Source: a virus (lineage: Duplodnaviria > Heunggongvirae > Uroviricota > Caudoviricetes). From it: 64,000 nucleotides of DNA. The notes beneath the pieces are model-generated. The model was not told the origin of the DNA, made no database searches, and saw only the letters and a program-made list of their open reading frames with translations. A program made the position numbers and the translations under genes. The stretch spans positions 1-64,000 of IMG/VR virus record IMGVR_UViG_3300029288_000055; one strand, written 5' to 3'. The number at the start of each line of letters is the position of its first letter. Positions within the stretch are counted from its first letter, which is position 1. Below are positions 49,022 to 57,963 of the stretch, in pieces.

Positions 49022-50868
49022 TATCCAACACTTTTTCTTAAAAATACTCTAATATCTTTTTCGGGATATTTTATTTCAAACATTGAATCAGCAGTAGAAT
49101 GAATAGTATTGTTAATAACGGTTATTTCACCAGTAAGTGGATTAATTGTTTGAGAAACAACATTATTTGAATATTGACCACCTACTCTATTATATACTTT
49201 AATACTAATAACATTAATAACACCATTTGCAGTAAGTATTTCTCGCTGAAGCGGACCCAAAAATATATCCTGATTCATTTCATAATTATTAATATCCAAA
49301 TAATTTCTAACAAGTGTAATTATACTATTTGCAATCTGATTATCAGCAATATTATCAACATAAACATCAACATCAAATGCAAGATTAAATATTTTACCAT
49401 TTTTAATTTCAATGTAATCATTAATCATTCTGAATTGAGTAAGATATTCAGTAATGTTTGTCATTAAAAGTGTATTGCTTGAATTATCCAATTTACCATC
49501 TGAACCAATATCAAGTATTGGAATAACTACTTTATTATTTAGTTTAAAAGCATTGGCACGAAAGGGTGAACCAAACTTTCCGGGCATCTTATAAAGTTGT
49601 AATAAATAGTCAGTTAAACTAACATCTCTAAATTGACTTGCATAATTATATTTAATTAATTGTCTTATTTGTTCTACACTTAAACCATCATTACCGCCAA
49701 TTGCTGGAATTGGATTATTTACTGTTAAACTTCTTTGGACAGATTGATTAAAATCCTGACGAGAACCAGTTACTGTTAAATTATATCCACCAAGTTGTGT
49801 TAAAGTTCCTGCGCCCACATTTGAATTACTACCACCACCAGTTCTATATAAAACAAATAAAGTATAGTTTGATAATAATTTTTCACCCAAAGCAGTATTA
49901 TTTAAAAAATTTTCAAGAAAATATTTATTACTTACACCTTCTTTCAAGAAGCCATTTTTAAATGCATTTACATCAGCATCGCCAGAACCAAATGTTATCA
50001 TACAATAACCATTAGTTGTAAATTCTTTAATAAATTTTTTAGTTACATCAATCCAAGTAGCTGCTTTAAGTCCATTTGTATTATTATTAACTAACGAACT
50101 GCTTGTATCTTCAACAAACACTCTTTGTTGAGCAAGAAAGTCAACCTCATAATATTTAAAACCAATTGTATTAAAATCACTTGCTGAAGGAGTTGATGCA
50201 TAGTTAGTCCCGGGCATTAAATATATGGCAGTAATTTCAAGCACATCTGGGTCTGGCAATGTTACATTAAAAAATGGTACAATATCTGTTGAACTAATTG
50301 TTCTTTTAAATACACCAGAAGAACCATTAACAACTACTTCTCTTTTTGTGATACTATAATTAACTATAGTTCCGTTCGAATCAGTATTTGGTAAAATTGA
50401 ACGATTAGGGTCGCCTAAATTACTTACTGGTGAATTCCAATCAATTACATCAGTTGTTTCAAATATTTTACCACCGCCAAGAACCTGTGCGCCAGCACCT
50501 AATTTTGGATAATATGAAGAATCTGGACTATCTCCAAGAACAGGAACAACTACTGTAAAATCAACTACTGTTACTGAAGGTCTTCTTGCTGGAATATTAA
50601 ATCCCATATTCTTCGCTATATTCAATATTGATACTCTTTGTTGTGCATACTCTAATTGAGTTTCTTGAAATGCTCTATCGGTATTTACACTTAAATTGTT
50701 GGTTACACCTGCATTTAAATCAATAAGCATTGCTCCAACGCTTGAATCAGTAAAATCACTAAGTACATCTGGATATGCTTGTCTTATTAACGAAATTAAG
50801 TCAGTGCGTATTTCTCCAAATGTTCTGCTTCCGTATTGTATTACATTAGTTGCTGTATTTGTTGCCAT
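49021..50868 (-). CDS. baseplate wedge subunit, T4 gp6/BplJ-like
   Basis: F.EIR.DL..DFTDSS.G.MLID, A.NMG, ITFGSG, YRTGGG..SNV, GGND..SVEQIR, VSLTDY. Confidence 0.85.
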   Translation of the reverse strand: MATNTATNVIQYGSRTFGEIRTDLISLIRQAYPDVLSDFTDSSVGAMLIDLNAGVTNNLSVNTDRAFQETQLEYAQQRVSILNIAKNMGFNIPARRPSVTVVDFTVVVPVLGDSPDSSYYPKLGAGAQVLGGGKIFETTDVIDWNSPVSNLGDPNRSILPNTDSNGTIVNYSITKREVVVNGSSGVFKRTISSTDIVPFFNVTLPDPDVLEITAIYLMPGTNYASTPSASDFNTIGFKYYEVDFLAQQRVFVEDTSSSLVNNNTNGLKAATWIDVTKKFIKEFTTNGYCMITFGSGDADVNAFKNGFLKEGVSNKYFLENFLNNTALGEKLLSNYTLFVLYRTGGGSNSNVGAGTLTQLGGYNLTVTGSRQDFNQSVQRSLTVNNPIPAIGGNDGLSVEQIRQLIKYNYASQFRDVSLTDYLLQLYKMPGKFGSPFRANAFKLNNKVVIPILDIGSDGKLDNSSNTLLMTNITEYLTQFRMINDYIEIKNGKIFNLAFDVDVYVDNIADNQIANSIITLVRNYLDINNYEMNQDIFLGPLQREILTANGVINVISIKVYNRVGGQYSNNVVSQTINPLTGEITVINNTIHSTADSMFEIKYPEKDIRVFLRKSVG

Positions 50869-50878
50869 ATTTTATATC

Positions 50879-51277
50879 TTAAAAGTTTAAATCTAATTCA
50901 CCGTTTTCACTAAAAGCATCTTCACTAAAAGTAAATTTAATATTTACATTTAATTGATTTTCAGAAATTGTATTTCCTTGATCATCCGTGTTCCAATTAA
51001 ATGTTACCTTATTAATTGTAAGTGCAGGAATATATGCTGATACTATTCTTTTGATTTCTTGTTCAACATCATTTGCATCTAAATTATCATTTGGTTCAAA
51101 TATATATTTTAGTAAGTCAGTACCATAGTCTGGTTCATAATATCTTTCACCCTTTTGTGTCAATAAAAGCAATAATAAATCGGAACTAAATGCGTCTTTA
51201 GTTACTTTACTCATTAAAAAGTAACTATTTGTGCTGACATCATCACGTATCGGATAGGTAATATTATATGAAGCCAT
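50879..51277 (-). CDS. baseplate protein, gp25/GPW-like
   Basis: LLLTQKGERYYEPDYGTDL..FEP. Confidence 0.88.
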   Translation of the reverse strand: MASYNITYPIRDDVSTNSYFLMSKVTKDAFSSDLLLLLLTQKGERYYEPDYGTDLLKYIFEPNDNLDANDVEQEIKRIVSAYIPALTINKVTFNWNTDDQGNTISENQLNVNIKFTFSEDAFSENGELDLNF

Positions 51278-51359
51278 TATAAGATTTTCTAATAAATACT
51301 AATAAAAAAAAATCCCAACATTTGATTGTCAGGATTTGTCTGAATTTAAATAATTTTAT

Positions 51360-51818
51360 TTAAAAGGCTTTTTGAAAACTCTTTTTAGCTTTTTTTTCTT
51401 TCTTTTGAGCTTTCTCTTCATCCTCTTGCTGTTTTTTAGCGTCATAGAGACTTTTAAGAACAATGATTGGGTCATGTCCAAACTTCTCAAGAATGCCCCT
51501 GTAAGTACTGAAATTTGGTTTCTCCAAAGTTATTTTATCATTTTCATCAACCATAACACCTGCAAGACATTCGCTAATTGCGATTTCTTTCATATCATCA
51601 GGTAATTTATCAAAAATTTCTTCATTGAAGATAACTGCAAAATTAATACCATTGCTCAATATTTCTACAAGATCATTCGTTTTAACGATCTTATATAGTT
51701 CTTTCTGTTTATCATTACAAAGAACTTCAAATTCAAGCCAGTCTTTAATTGCTGTTTTTTCTTTAACTGTATCAAACAGTTTGATCATTTCATCAGATGC
51801 TTTTTCAATTTTTGCCAT
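51360..51818 (-). CDS. hypothetical protein
   Basis: ORF track. Confidence 0.7.
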   Translation of the reverse strand: MAKIEKASDEMIKLFDTVKEKTAIKDWLEFEVLCNDKQKELYKIVKTNDLVEILSNGINFAVIFNEEIFDKLPDDMKEIAISECLAGVMVDENDKITLEKPNFSTYRGILEKFGHDPIIVLKSLYDAKKQQEDEEKAQKKEKKAKKSFQKAF

Positions 51819-51829
51819 AAATAATTGTT

Positions 51830-52285
51830 TTAATTGTTAATAATAGAATTATATTTAGTTTTAATTTCTTCAAGTTTTGCAAGCAAATCTTTATATATTG
51901 GTTCAGCTTTGTCAAATTTACTTTCTAATTCAGCCACGAAAGTCATCATGTCACCGATACTTAACTTTACCATATCTTCAATATCAATTATTGTTGCTAA
52001 TTGTTGATTAGCTGCATCCTGTTTTTTTATTTCTTCCATTTTCTTTTCATATTGTGAATTAAGTTCTAATGCTTCTTCTTCGCTAATAATTTTAACACCA
52101 GCTTCTTTTATTCGATCATCTACTGATTTTGCCAAATCAGAATCTTCAATACTTTGACCAGTTTTTGTCAATGATTTTATTTTTTCTTCAGCAAGTTTAT
52201 CGATTTCAATTATTTTTTTTGCAGCCTCTGAATTAAATTCACCAGTTTCTACAGATTTTTTTAAATTTTCTAAAAATGTGCTCAT
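51830..52285 (-). CDS. hypothetical coiled-coil protein
   Basis: ORF track. Confidence 0.7.
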   Translation of the reverse strand: MSTFLENLKKSVETGEFNSEAAKKIIEIDKLAEEKIKSLTKTGQSIEDSDLAKSVDDRIKEAGVKIISEEEALELNSQYEKKMEEIKKQDAANQQLATIIDIEDMVKLSIGDMMTFVAELESKFDKAEPIYKDLLAKLEEIKTKYNSIINN

Positions 52286-52297
52286 ATTTTTTAAGTT

Positions 52298-53206
52298 TTA
52301 AGTTCTCATGTTCTGCATTTCAATTGCTTCGAATTTAAGTACATCATGAGTATCATTATATTTTATTCTTTTTATGAATTTAATCACTCCATAACCAATT
52401 AATTCTCCATAATCATCACGAAGATAAACCTCTTTAATATTAGTTAATTCCTTGAAAATATTAGTATCTTCTTCAAAATCATTTGTTTTATACTTTAACG
52501 GAATTAAAAATTCCAGTTGACGATAATCGAAACCAATTTTTTTTACATGCAAAAATTCAGTAAGTTGTTCGATCTTATTGACTACATTTTCATTTTCTCT
52601 AATAATCTTAATTGGAAATTCAAATGTTTTTGATTTTTCACTTATATCCATTACTTCAAATTCGAATTCCGTATTTTCTTTATCAGTTTTCTTAACTACA
52701 TTCATAATTTTTTCTAATCCAACTTCAATTGGTTTATTATTAAAAATGTGAAGTAGTTCATAATCATCATCCTTAAGTCTTCTTTCTTCAAACTCTTGAA
52801 CCAATACTTCGCCAATTGTTTTACCTGCATTTTTGTGTTTTTCATCATAAAAACCAAAATGTTCATATCTTCTACCATATTGATCTTTTTGAGCATAAGA
52901 AGAACCATGTCTGTCTGCTGCAAGTGCCATTTGGCGTGGAGTTGCGTTACGAATAAACTTATCAGCTTTTTTTAATATTTCATAATATTCCTGAACATAC
53001 TTTTCATCGGTTTTACCAGCATAGAATTTTTCAAGTGTTTGATTCCTATGAAGCATTCTCTGAATTCGCTTATCACCTTCTTGTATATTATTGGGGTCTG
53101 CTATCATGTCTGCTTCCGCCCTATACAACATAATACCGATATTTATTAAAATAGTATGTATCTTAATATATATCCAAAAATATATTCTCTTAAAAAAATC
53201 AATCAT
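52298..53206 (-). CDS. hypothetical protein with N-terminal hydrophobic segment
   Basis: ORF track. Confidence 0.7.
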   Translation of the reverse strand: MIDFFKRIYFWIYIKIHTILINIGIMLYRAEADMIADPNNIQEGDKRIQRMLHRNQTLEKFYAGKTDEKYVQEYYEILKKADKFIRNATPRQMALAADRHGSSYAQKDQYGRRYEHFGFYDEKHKNAGKTIGEVLVQEFEERRLKDDDYELLHIFNNKPIEVGLEKIMNVVKKTDKENTEFEFEVMDISEKSKTFEFPIKIIRENENVVNKIEQLTEFLHVKKIGFDYRQLEFLIPLKYKTNDFEEDTNIFKELTNIKEVYLRDDYGELIGYGVIKFIKRIKYNDTHDVLKFEAIEMQNMRT

Positions 53207-53615
53207 TAATTAATACTTTCTTTTTTACTTCAAGTTCCCTTACATCATCCTGAAGCCTTCTTTTTTCAATTTTTAAATCAGAAATTTTATTGGTTAATGT
53301 TTCTGCTTTAACCTGAAGTCCGTTGTTATATTTCTCAACCAGTTTTTTGAACTCAGAATATAATTCTTGAAAATATGATTCTTGCCATTTCTTCAACACA
53401 TCTTTATCTCTGTTCAACATTCTTTTGTTAAGAATAACTGATTTAGTAATTGCGTCAACAAGTTGATTACTTTTTTTATCATCCCGTTTATTAAAGCATT
53501 TACTGCTTTTTTTCTGTTTTCCAACTCTTTTATTAAATTCTTTATTTACAATAGAGTGAATTTTTTTCTCTTTTTTTGCTTGTTTTTTCTCAAATTGTTT
53601 TACTGTTTTTTTCAT
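53199..53615 (-). CDS. basic coiled-coil hypothetical protein
   Basis: ORF track. Confidence 0.6.
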   Translation of the reverse strand: MKKTVKQFEKKQAKKEKKIHSIVNKEFNKRVGKQKKSSKCFNKRDDKKSNQLVDAITKSVILNKRMLNRDKDVLKKWQESYFQELYSEFKKLVEKYNNGLQVKAETLTNKISDLKIEKRRLQDDVRELEVKKKVLIND

Positions 53616-53624
53616 GTTTTTAAA

Positions 53625-55007
53625 TTAAGATACCGCTAATGTTTTAGCAACAGCAGCTTTATAAAAGTCTGCACGTTTTTTTGTAACCGTTGCCAAGTTA
53701 TATTCCTCTTTAAAGTCCTCATATAGCTGTTCGCCAAGTTGTTTACGTAGATCAGCATCTAATATAAGTCTTTTGAGGTATTTCTGCCAATATTTTCTGG
53801 CATTTTTTTCTGCAGGAATAAGAACACAATTTTCCATGTGTCTACCGTGTACGTTATATGGTGGTATATCTGAACAAACTATTGGAAGTTTTCTTGTCCA
53901 ACATTCTACCTGTTTCAAATTTGATTTCATTCTATTGAAAGAATTGTCAGCAAGTGGTGCTATTACTATATCAGTTTCATCCAATACCTTTGCATATGCA
54001 TTTGCTTTTTCTGTCCAACGTCTGCCATAATTAAATTCATTTTCATATTTAACATTTCTTTCGAAATTTGAAAGCCATTGAATATAATCGGGATTATTAA
54101 TTATGTGATGCTTATCAGTCAATATCTTTTCATATATGAGATAGACACTTTCAGTTGATTTAATATCTCTTTGTTTTTGATCAAAAATTTTACCTCTGTA
54201 CTTTTCTTTTATTTCTGGTGATAATTTAGGTATTTGATCAACATCGCCTCTTGATCTGTTAATTGCTTTAACTGTTTGTGGTGTCCACAAACCTTTTTTC
54301 TGAAGTAATTCACCAAACTCTTGATTAAAAGTAATATCAGTTGTACTACCTTCAGTATCCCATCCAGCAAGAATTACTTTGAATTTATCCTTTAAAGCTG
54401 GGTCATTATAAAGCACATTAAATACCCCATCAAGTTGTTCAACATCACCCATGTGAGAAGACCCTGCCATATATGTTACCCTTACAAGTCCATCTGGGTC
54501 AGGTTTTCTATTGTCCTGAAATTGTTTCATCATAATTGGGTCAATAGAATTATAAAATACACCAACATTATCCCTGCCAGTTACCTTACGAATTGCATCA
54601 GCAAATAAGTCAGTTGTAGTTGTAACATAATCTGCAATTTTCAAATTCTCCAATATTGGAATATGCATTTTCTTTTCAAGATTCAAAGAATAAAACGGAT
54701 GTTTTTTATGTAATTGCCAGTAGTCATCAATATCTACCATTAATATTGTACCTGCTTTTCTTAATTCAGTTGCCAGTCTTAACATATCTTTTGTGTCGCC
54801 CAAAAATTGACGGTGATAATGTATAATATGAAATGTTTTAAGATAGTCAATATACTTAGGGTCATTAAAATCTATTTGTGGATTAATTTCAACATAAAAT
54901 TCATCTGAATGTTTTTTATCGAGTTCCATTGCTGGTGTTAATGTTCTAAAGTAGTTTACTCCTGCTGAGTCTAAGTTATAGAATAAAATTCTAATCTTTC
55001 CGTTCAT
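53625..55007 (-). CDS. glycosyltransferase (GT-B, GT4-like)
   Basis: GVNYFR..P, DIDDYW, GSSH.GD, IAPL..FN..KSNLK..E, SD.PPY. Confidence 0.85.
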   Translation of the reverse strand: MNGKIRILFYNLDSAGVNYFRTLTPAMELDKKHSDEFYVEINPQIDFNDPKYIDYLKTFHIIHYHRQFLGDTKDMLRLATELRKAGTILMVDIDDYWQLHKKHPFYSLNLEKKMHIPILENLKIADYVTTTTDLFADAIRKVTGRDNVGVFYNSIDPIMMKQFQDNRKPDPDGLVRVTYMAGSSHMGDVEQLDGVFNVLYNDPALKDKFKVILAGWDTEGSTTDITFNQEFGELLQKKGLWTPQTVKAINRSRGDVDQIPKLSPEIKEKYRGKIFDQKQRDIKSTESVYLIYEKILTDKHHIINNPDYIQWLSNFERNVKYENEFNYGRRWTEKANAYAKVLDETDIVIAPLADNSFNRMKSNLKQVECWTRKLPIVCSDIPPYNVHGRHMENCVLIPAEKNARKYWQKYLKRLILDADLRKQLGEQLYEDFKEEYNLATVTKKRADFYKAAVAKTLAVS

Positions 55008-55094
55008 ATAGTGTTTATAAATTATTATAAAATTATGTAATTAATTATAAATAGTCAAAAATAACTGAAAATCATCAAAGATGCCAGACATTTT

Positions 55095-55122
55095 AAAAAA
55101 AAAGCCAACAAAATGTTGGCAT
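55095..55122 (-). terminator. intrinsic terminator
   Basis: GCCAACA-AAA-TGTTGGC with T9 tail on the minus strand. Confidence 0.75.
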
Positions 55123-55148
55123 TAATCAATAATAATTAAAAAATTATC

Positions 55149-55496
55149 TTATTCTTTTTTCTTTTTATTCGATCTCCTTGTAGTTTCTTCTGTTGTAACT
55201 TCTTCAACAACTGCTACTTCTGCAACAGGTACTGCAGCAACTTTAAGTTTGCTTGCATTCATAACATTTTCCAATTCTCTTTGACTAATTTCAACAACAC
55301 TAATTAAGTTTTTAATTCTTAATTTATGTACTGAAACTGGTAATTCTGCAACAGTAAGATAAAGACTCTCACCCGGTTTTACGGTTACAGTCTTTCTTAT
55401 CATATTATCAACATAATCAATATCTAATGAAGAGTTGAATTTAAAATCACGCTTTGCTGCGGTATTTGTTAAGTTTGTAATTTTGTATGTGTTCAT
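55149..55496 (-). CDS. hypothetical protein
   Basis: ORF track. Confidence 0.7.
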   Translation of the reverse strand: MNTYKITNLTNTAAKRDFKFNSSLDIDYVDNMIRKTVTVKPGESLYLTVAELPVSVHKLRIKNLISVVEISQRELENVMNASKLKVAAVPVAEVAVVEEVTTEETTRRSNKKKKE

Positions 55497-55502
55497 AGTT
55501 TT

Positions 55503-56336
55503 TTATTTTAATCCTTGTATTAATGTATCTCCGTACTTGATTCCGTCATAACCCAATTTCATTGCTTTCTCGGCAATTGCTTTATTTTTCAGATTAATTG
55601 ACGGCATATCATATTGCTCGCTTATTTTTTCGAAATTTATATGTGGAAACCAAATCTTTGCCATAATATCAACAGGTTCTTGACCATCCTTATATGTAAC
55701 ACCCAACGAATGTAAATCAAGAAGGTTGTTAAATTCAATTTCATATTTATCAAAACCTTCAACTGGTTTTAATAAAAAGAAATTGCCAACTACTGAATTT
55801 TCTTTTATTGGGTCTTTTCGATAACCAATGATAACTTTACTATTTGTACCAGTATCTCCAGAAGGTTTAATTGCTATATTATCTTCTTCCAATGAATTTA
55901 AAAATTCACTATCACTAACTCCACTGCTTGCCTGATTATCTTGGTTAATAACATCCTGAGTGATCACTTCTTCCATCTGTTGTTTCTGCTGGTAGTCATA
56001 AATGTCTTGTATTTTATTAAGTAGTCTACAAGCATCTTTTTCATTCAATCCAAGTTTAACTCCTTTAATATTGACACCATCCAAGATTGCTTTAACCATC
56101 CTGTGATGACCATCACAAACCTTATTTTCGCCAGCAATCCAAATAGGATTACTATCAGCAAGATTAACCTTTTCTACTTCATCAGAAAATGTAACACCTT
56201 GTGATGCTTCAAGTTCATTAGGGTCTACTTCGATCAATTCATAATCCACACCTTCTTCTTCGAGCTTCTGCAATACAATTTCGTAAGGTGCATTTACCTG
56301 TGGAAGAAAAGCTGGCTTATAGCGCATGTCAATCAT
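55503..56336 (-). CDS. ParB/Srx-like domain protein with second C-terminal domain
   Basis: L.ASQ..PIWI..VCDGHHR; acidic linker; C-terminal LGYDGIKY. Confidence 0.7.
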   Translation of the reverse strand: MIDMRYKPAFLPQVNAPYEIVLQKLEEEGVDYELIEVDPNELEASQGVTFSDEVEKVNLADSNPIWIAGENKVCDGHHRMVKAILDGVNIKGVKLGLNEKDACRLLNKIQDIYDYQQKQQMEEVITQDVINQDNQASSGVSDSEFLNSLEEDNIAIKPSGDTGTNSKVIIGYRKDPIKENSVVGNFFLLKPVEGFDKYEIEFNNLLDLHSLGVTYKDGQEPVDIMAKIWFPHINFEKISEQYDMPSINLKNKAIAEKAMKLGYDGIKYGDTLIQGLK

Positions 56337-56349
56337 TGTGATAATTTTA

Positions 56350-56922
56350 CTATAAATACGACTGTTTAAATTTTTGAATTTCTATAATGATAATATCATC
56401 CAGCTTATTTACTGCTTCAGTTAATCTTAACTCACCATTATTTGCTGTAAATATTCGATATTTTATGTTTTCTGGTACTTGTGATTCGATTTCTTGATAT
56501 GAAATAATGTCAGTATCCCTGTCATCATAAACATTAACTTCTCTCAAATCAGGAAATTTTTTTATATAATCAAGAATTTTTTGACCCTTATTTCTTTCAT
56601 CGCCTTTCATATCAAGTTTATCAACATGGATATTATTAACATCCAATATTGCCTGAACCAAGGGACGTAACCTTACTACTCTTGAAGTTAATACAATAAC
56701 GTAGGTGGCAGGTGTTGAAACATCTTTATTTAAAATGCTTAATACCTTTGGAAATGGTTTAATGTCAAAAACATTTAAATCCAAACTTTCGGGTCTGCCC
56801 CACCAGCCTTGATATTTAAATGGTTCGCCCATTACTTCTGACCAAGTAATCTTTCCAGATTCTTTGTCAGGAGAATTTATGAGTGTTCCATCAAAATCAA
56901 ATGCACAAAATCTTGTTATCAT
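56350..56922 (-). CDS. HAD phosphatase, Swiss-Army-knife RNA-repair type
   Basis: FDFDGTLINSP, GWWG.PESL, LTSR, K, VYDDR. Confidence 0.8.
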   Translation of the reverse strand: MITRFCAFDFDGTLINSPDKESGKITWSEVMGEPFKYQGWWGRPESLDLNVFDIKPFPKVLSILNKDVSTPATYVIVLTSRVVRLRPLVQAILDVNNIHVDKLDMKGDERNKGQKILDYIKKFPDLREVNVYDDRDTDIISYQEIESQVPENIKYRIFTANNGELRLTEAVNKLDDIIIIEIQKFKQSYL

Positions 56923-56923
56923 T

Positions 56924-57307
56924 TTATTTATATTCTACTTCGGTTACTTTTCCTGTTAATGAAAGTGGTTTTCTGATTTTTTCCCAATTAGTGAGATTGT
57001 TAGACATTATTGGTTTACTGCCATTTGTCCTATTCACAGCCAGAGTTATGTGTGCTTTTGCATTATTCGTTTTAAATCCTGATACACCTATTGCAATTAC
57101 CTTATCATCCATTGCAATGTCTTCAACAGCTAATCGTACTGGCAATCCAAGATATTTTTCATACTCAGAGTCTATTTCACCCATATTAATAGTCATATGA
57201 TCAGCTATTACATTCCAGTTTTCAGGAATTATATTTTTAAATCTATTGATCAGTCTTTTTCTTGAATTTTCATCAAGAACAACTGCACTATAAGATATTC
57301 CAGCCAT
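56924..57307 (-). CDS. 2H phosphoesterase (2',3'-cyclic phosphodiesterase-like)
   Basis: DHMTI and AHITLA; SNNLTNW..L.G. Confidence 0.85.
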   Translation of the reverse strand: MAGISYSAVVLDENSRKRLINRFKNIIPENWNVIADHMTINMGEIDSEYEKYLGLPVRLAVEDIAMDDKVIAIGVSGFKTNNAKAHITLAVNRTNGSKPIMSNNLTNWEKIRKPLSLTGKVTEVEYK

Positions 57308-57963
57308 TAATATGTAAATTTTGTAAGTACATTATAATTTTTTCCCAATGCAGTTAATGCAATTTCAACTTCTTTAAAACATTCATTAATACCACCGCCA
57401 CATATTACCAATTTTCCTGAATATTTTTGTAAATATTCCATTAAATCAGGTATATTAAGAGCATCTTGTGCAGGTTGAAGAAAATCACGAACATCACTCG
57501 AATTGTAACCATATTCTTTCATAAAACCAAGCCACATTTCTTCATCAATATCTCTACTATCATTAATATTATTTCGAATCATGTATTTAACAAGATTAAC
57601 TATTTCTTCTTCATCATGACCACTATCCATGCAACTTCTGAAAAATGCATAACCTTTATCATAAAATCTGGCATAGTCGAGTATTGATTCTTTAAGACCG
57701 TTTTGAATTAACCACATTTTATATTCTTCTTCGCCCATACTGCCAACAGTATTTTCACCATTATATAAAAATGTAAGAGAATTCATTGTATCAAAATTTC
57801 TATTTAAAAATCGTATATAATCACCTAATACAAAACTAAATGCATTATGATATTCTGGTTGAATATCAACAGACAAGAGATTTGCATTTTGAACCAGATT
57901 AATGCCTGAATCTTCTAACAATTTATTACGTTGTTGCTCTTTAAGTAGTTTTTCTTTTTTCAT
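57307..57963 (-). CDS. isochorismatase/nicotinamidase-like cysteine hydrolase
   Basis: D-K-C triad pattern: SVDIQ, YDKGY, GGGINEC. Confidence 0.65.
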   Translation of the reverse strand: MKKEKLLKEQQRNKLLEDSGINLVQNANLLSVDIQPEYHNAFSFVLGDYIRFLNRNFDTMNSLTFLYNGENTVGSMGEEEYKMWLIQNGLKESILDYARFYDKGYAFFRSCMDSGHDEEEIVNLVKYMIRNNINDSRDIDEEMWLGFMKEYGYNSSDVRDFLQPAQDALNIPDLMEYLQKYSGKLVICGGGINECFKEVEIALTALGKNYNVLTKFTY

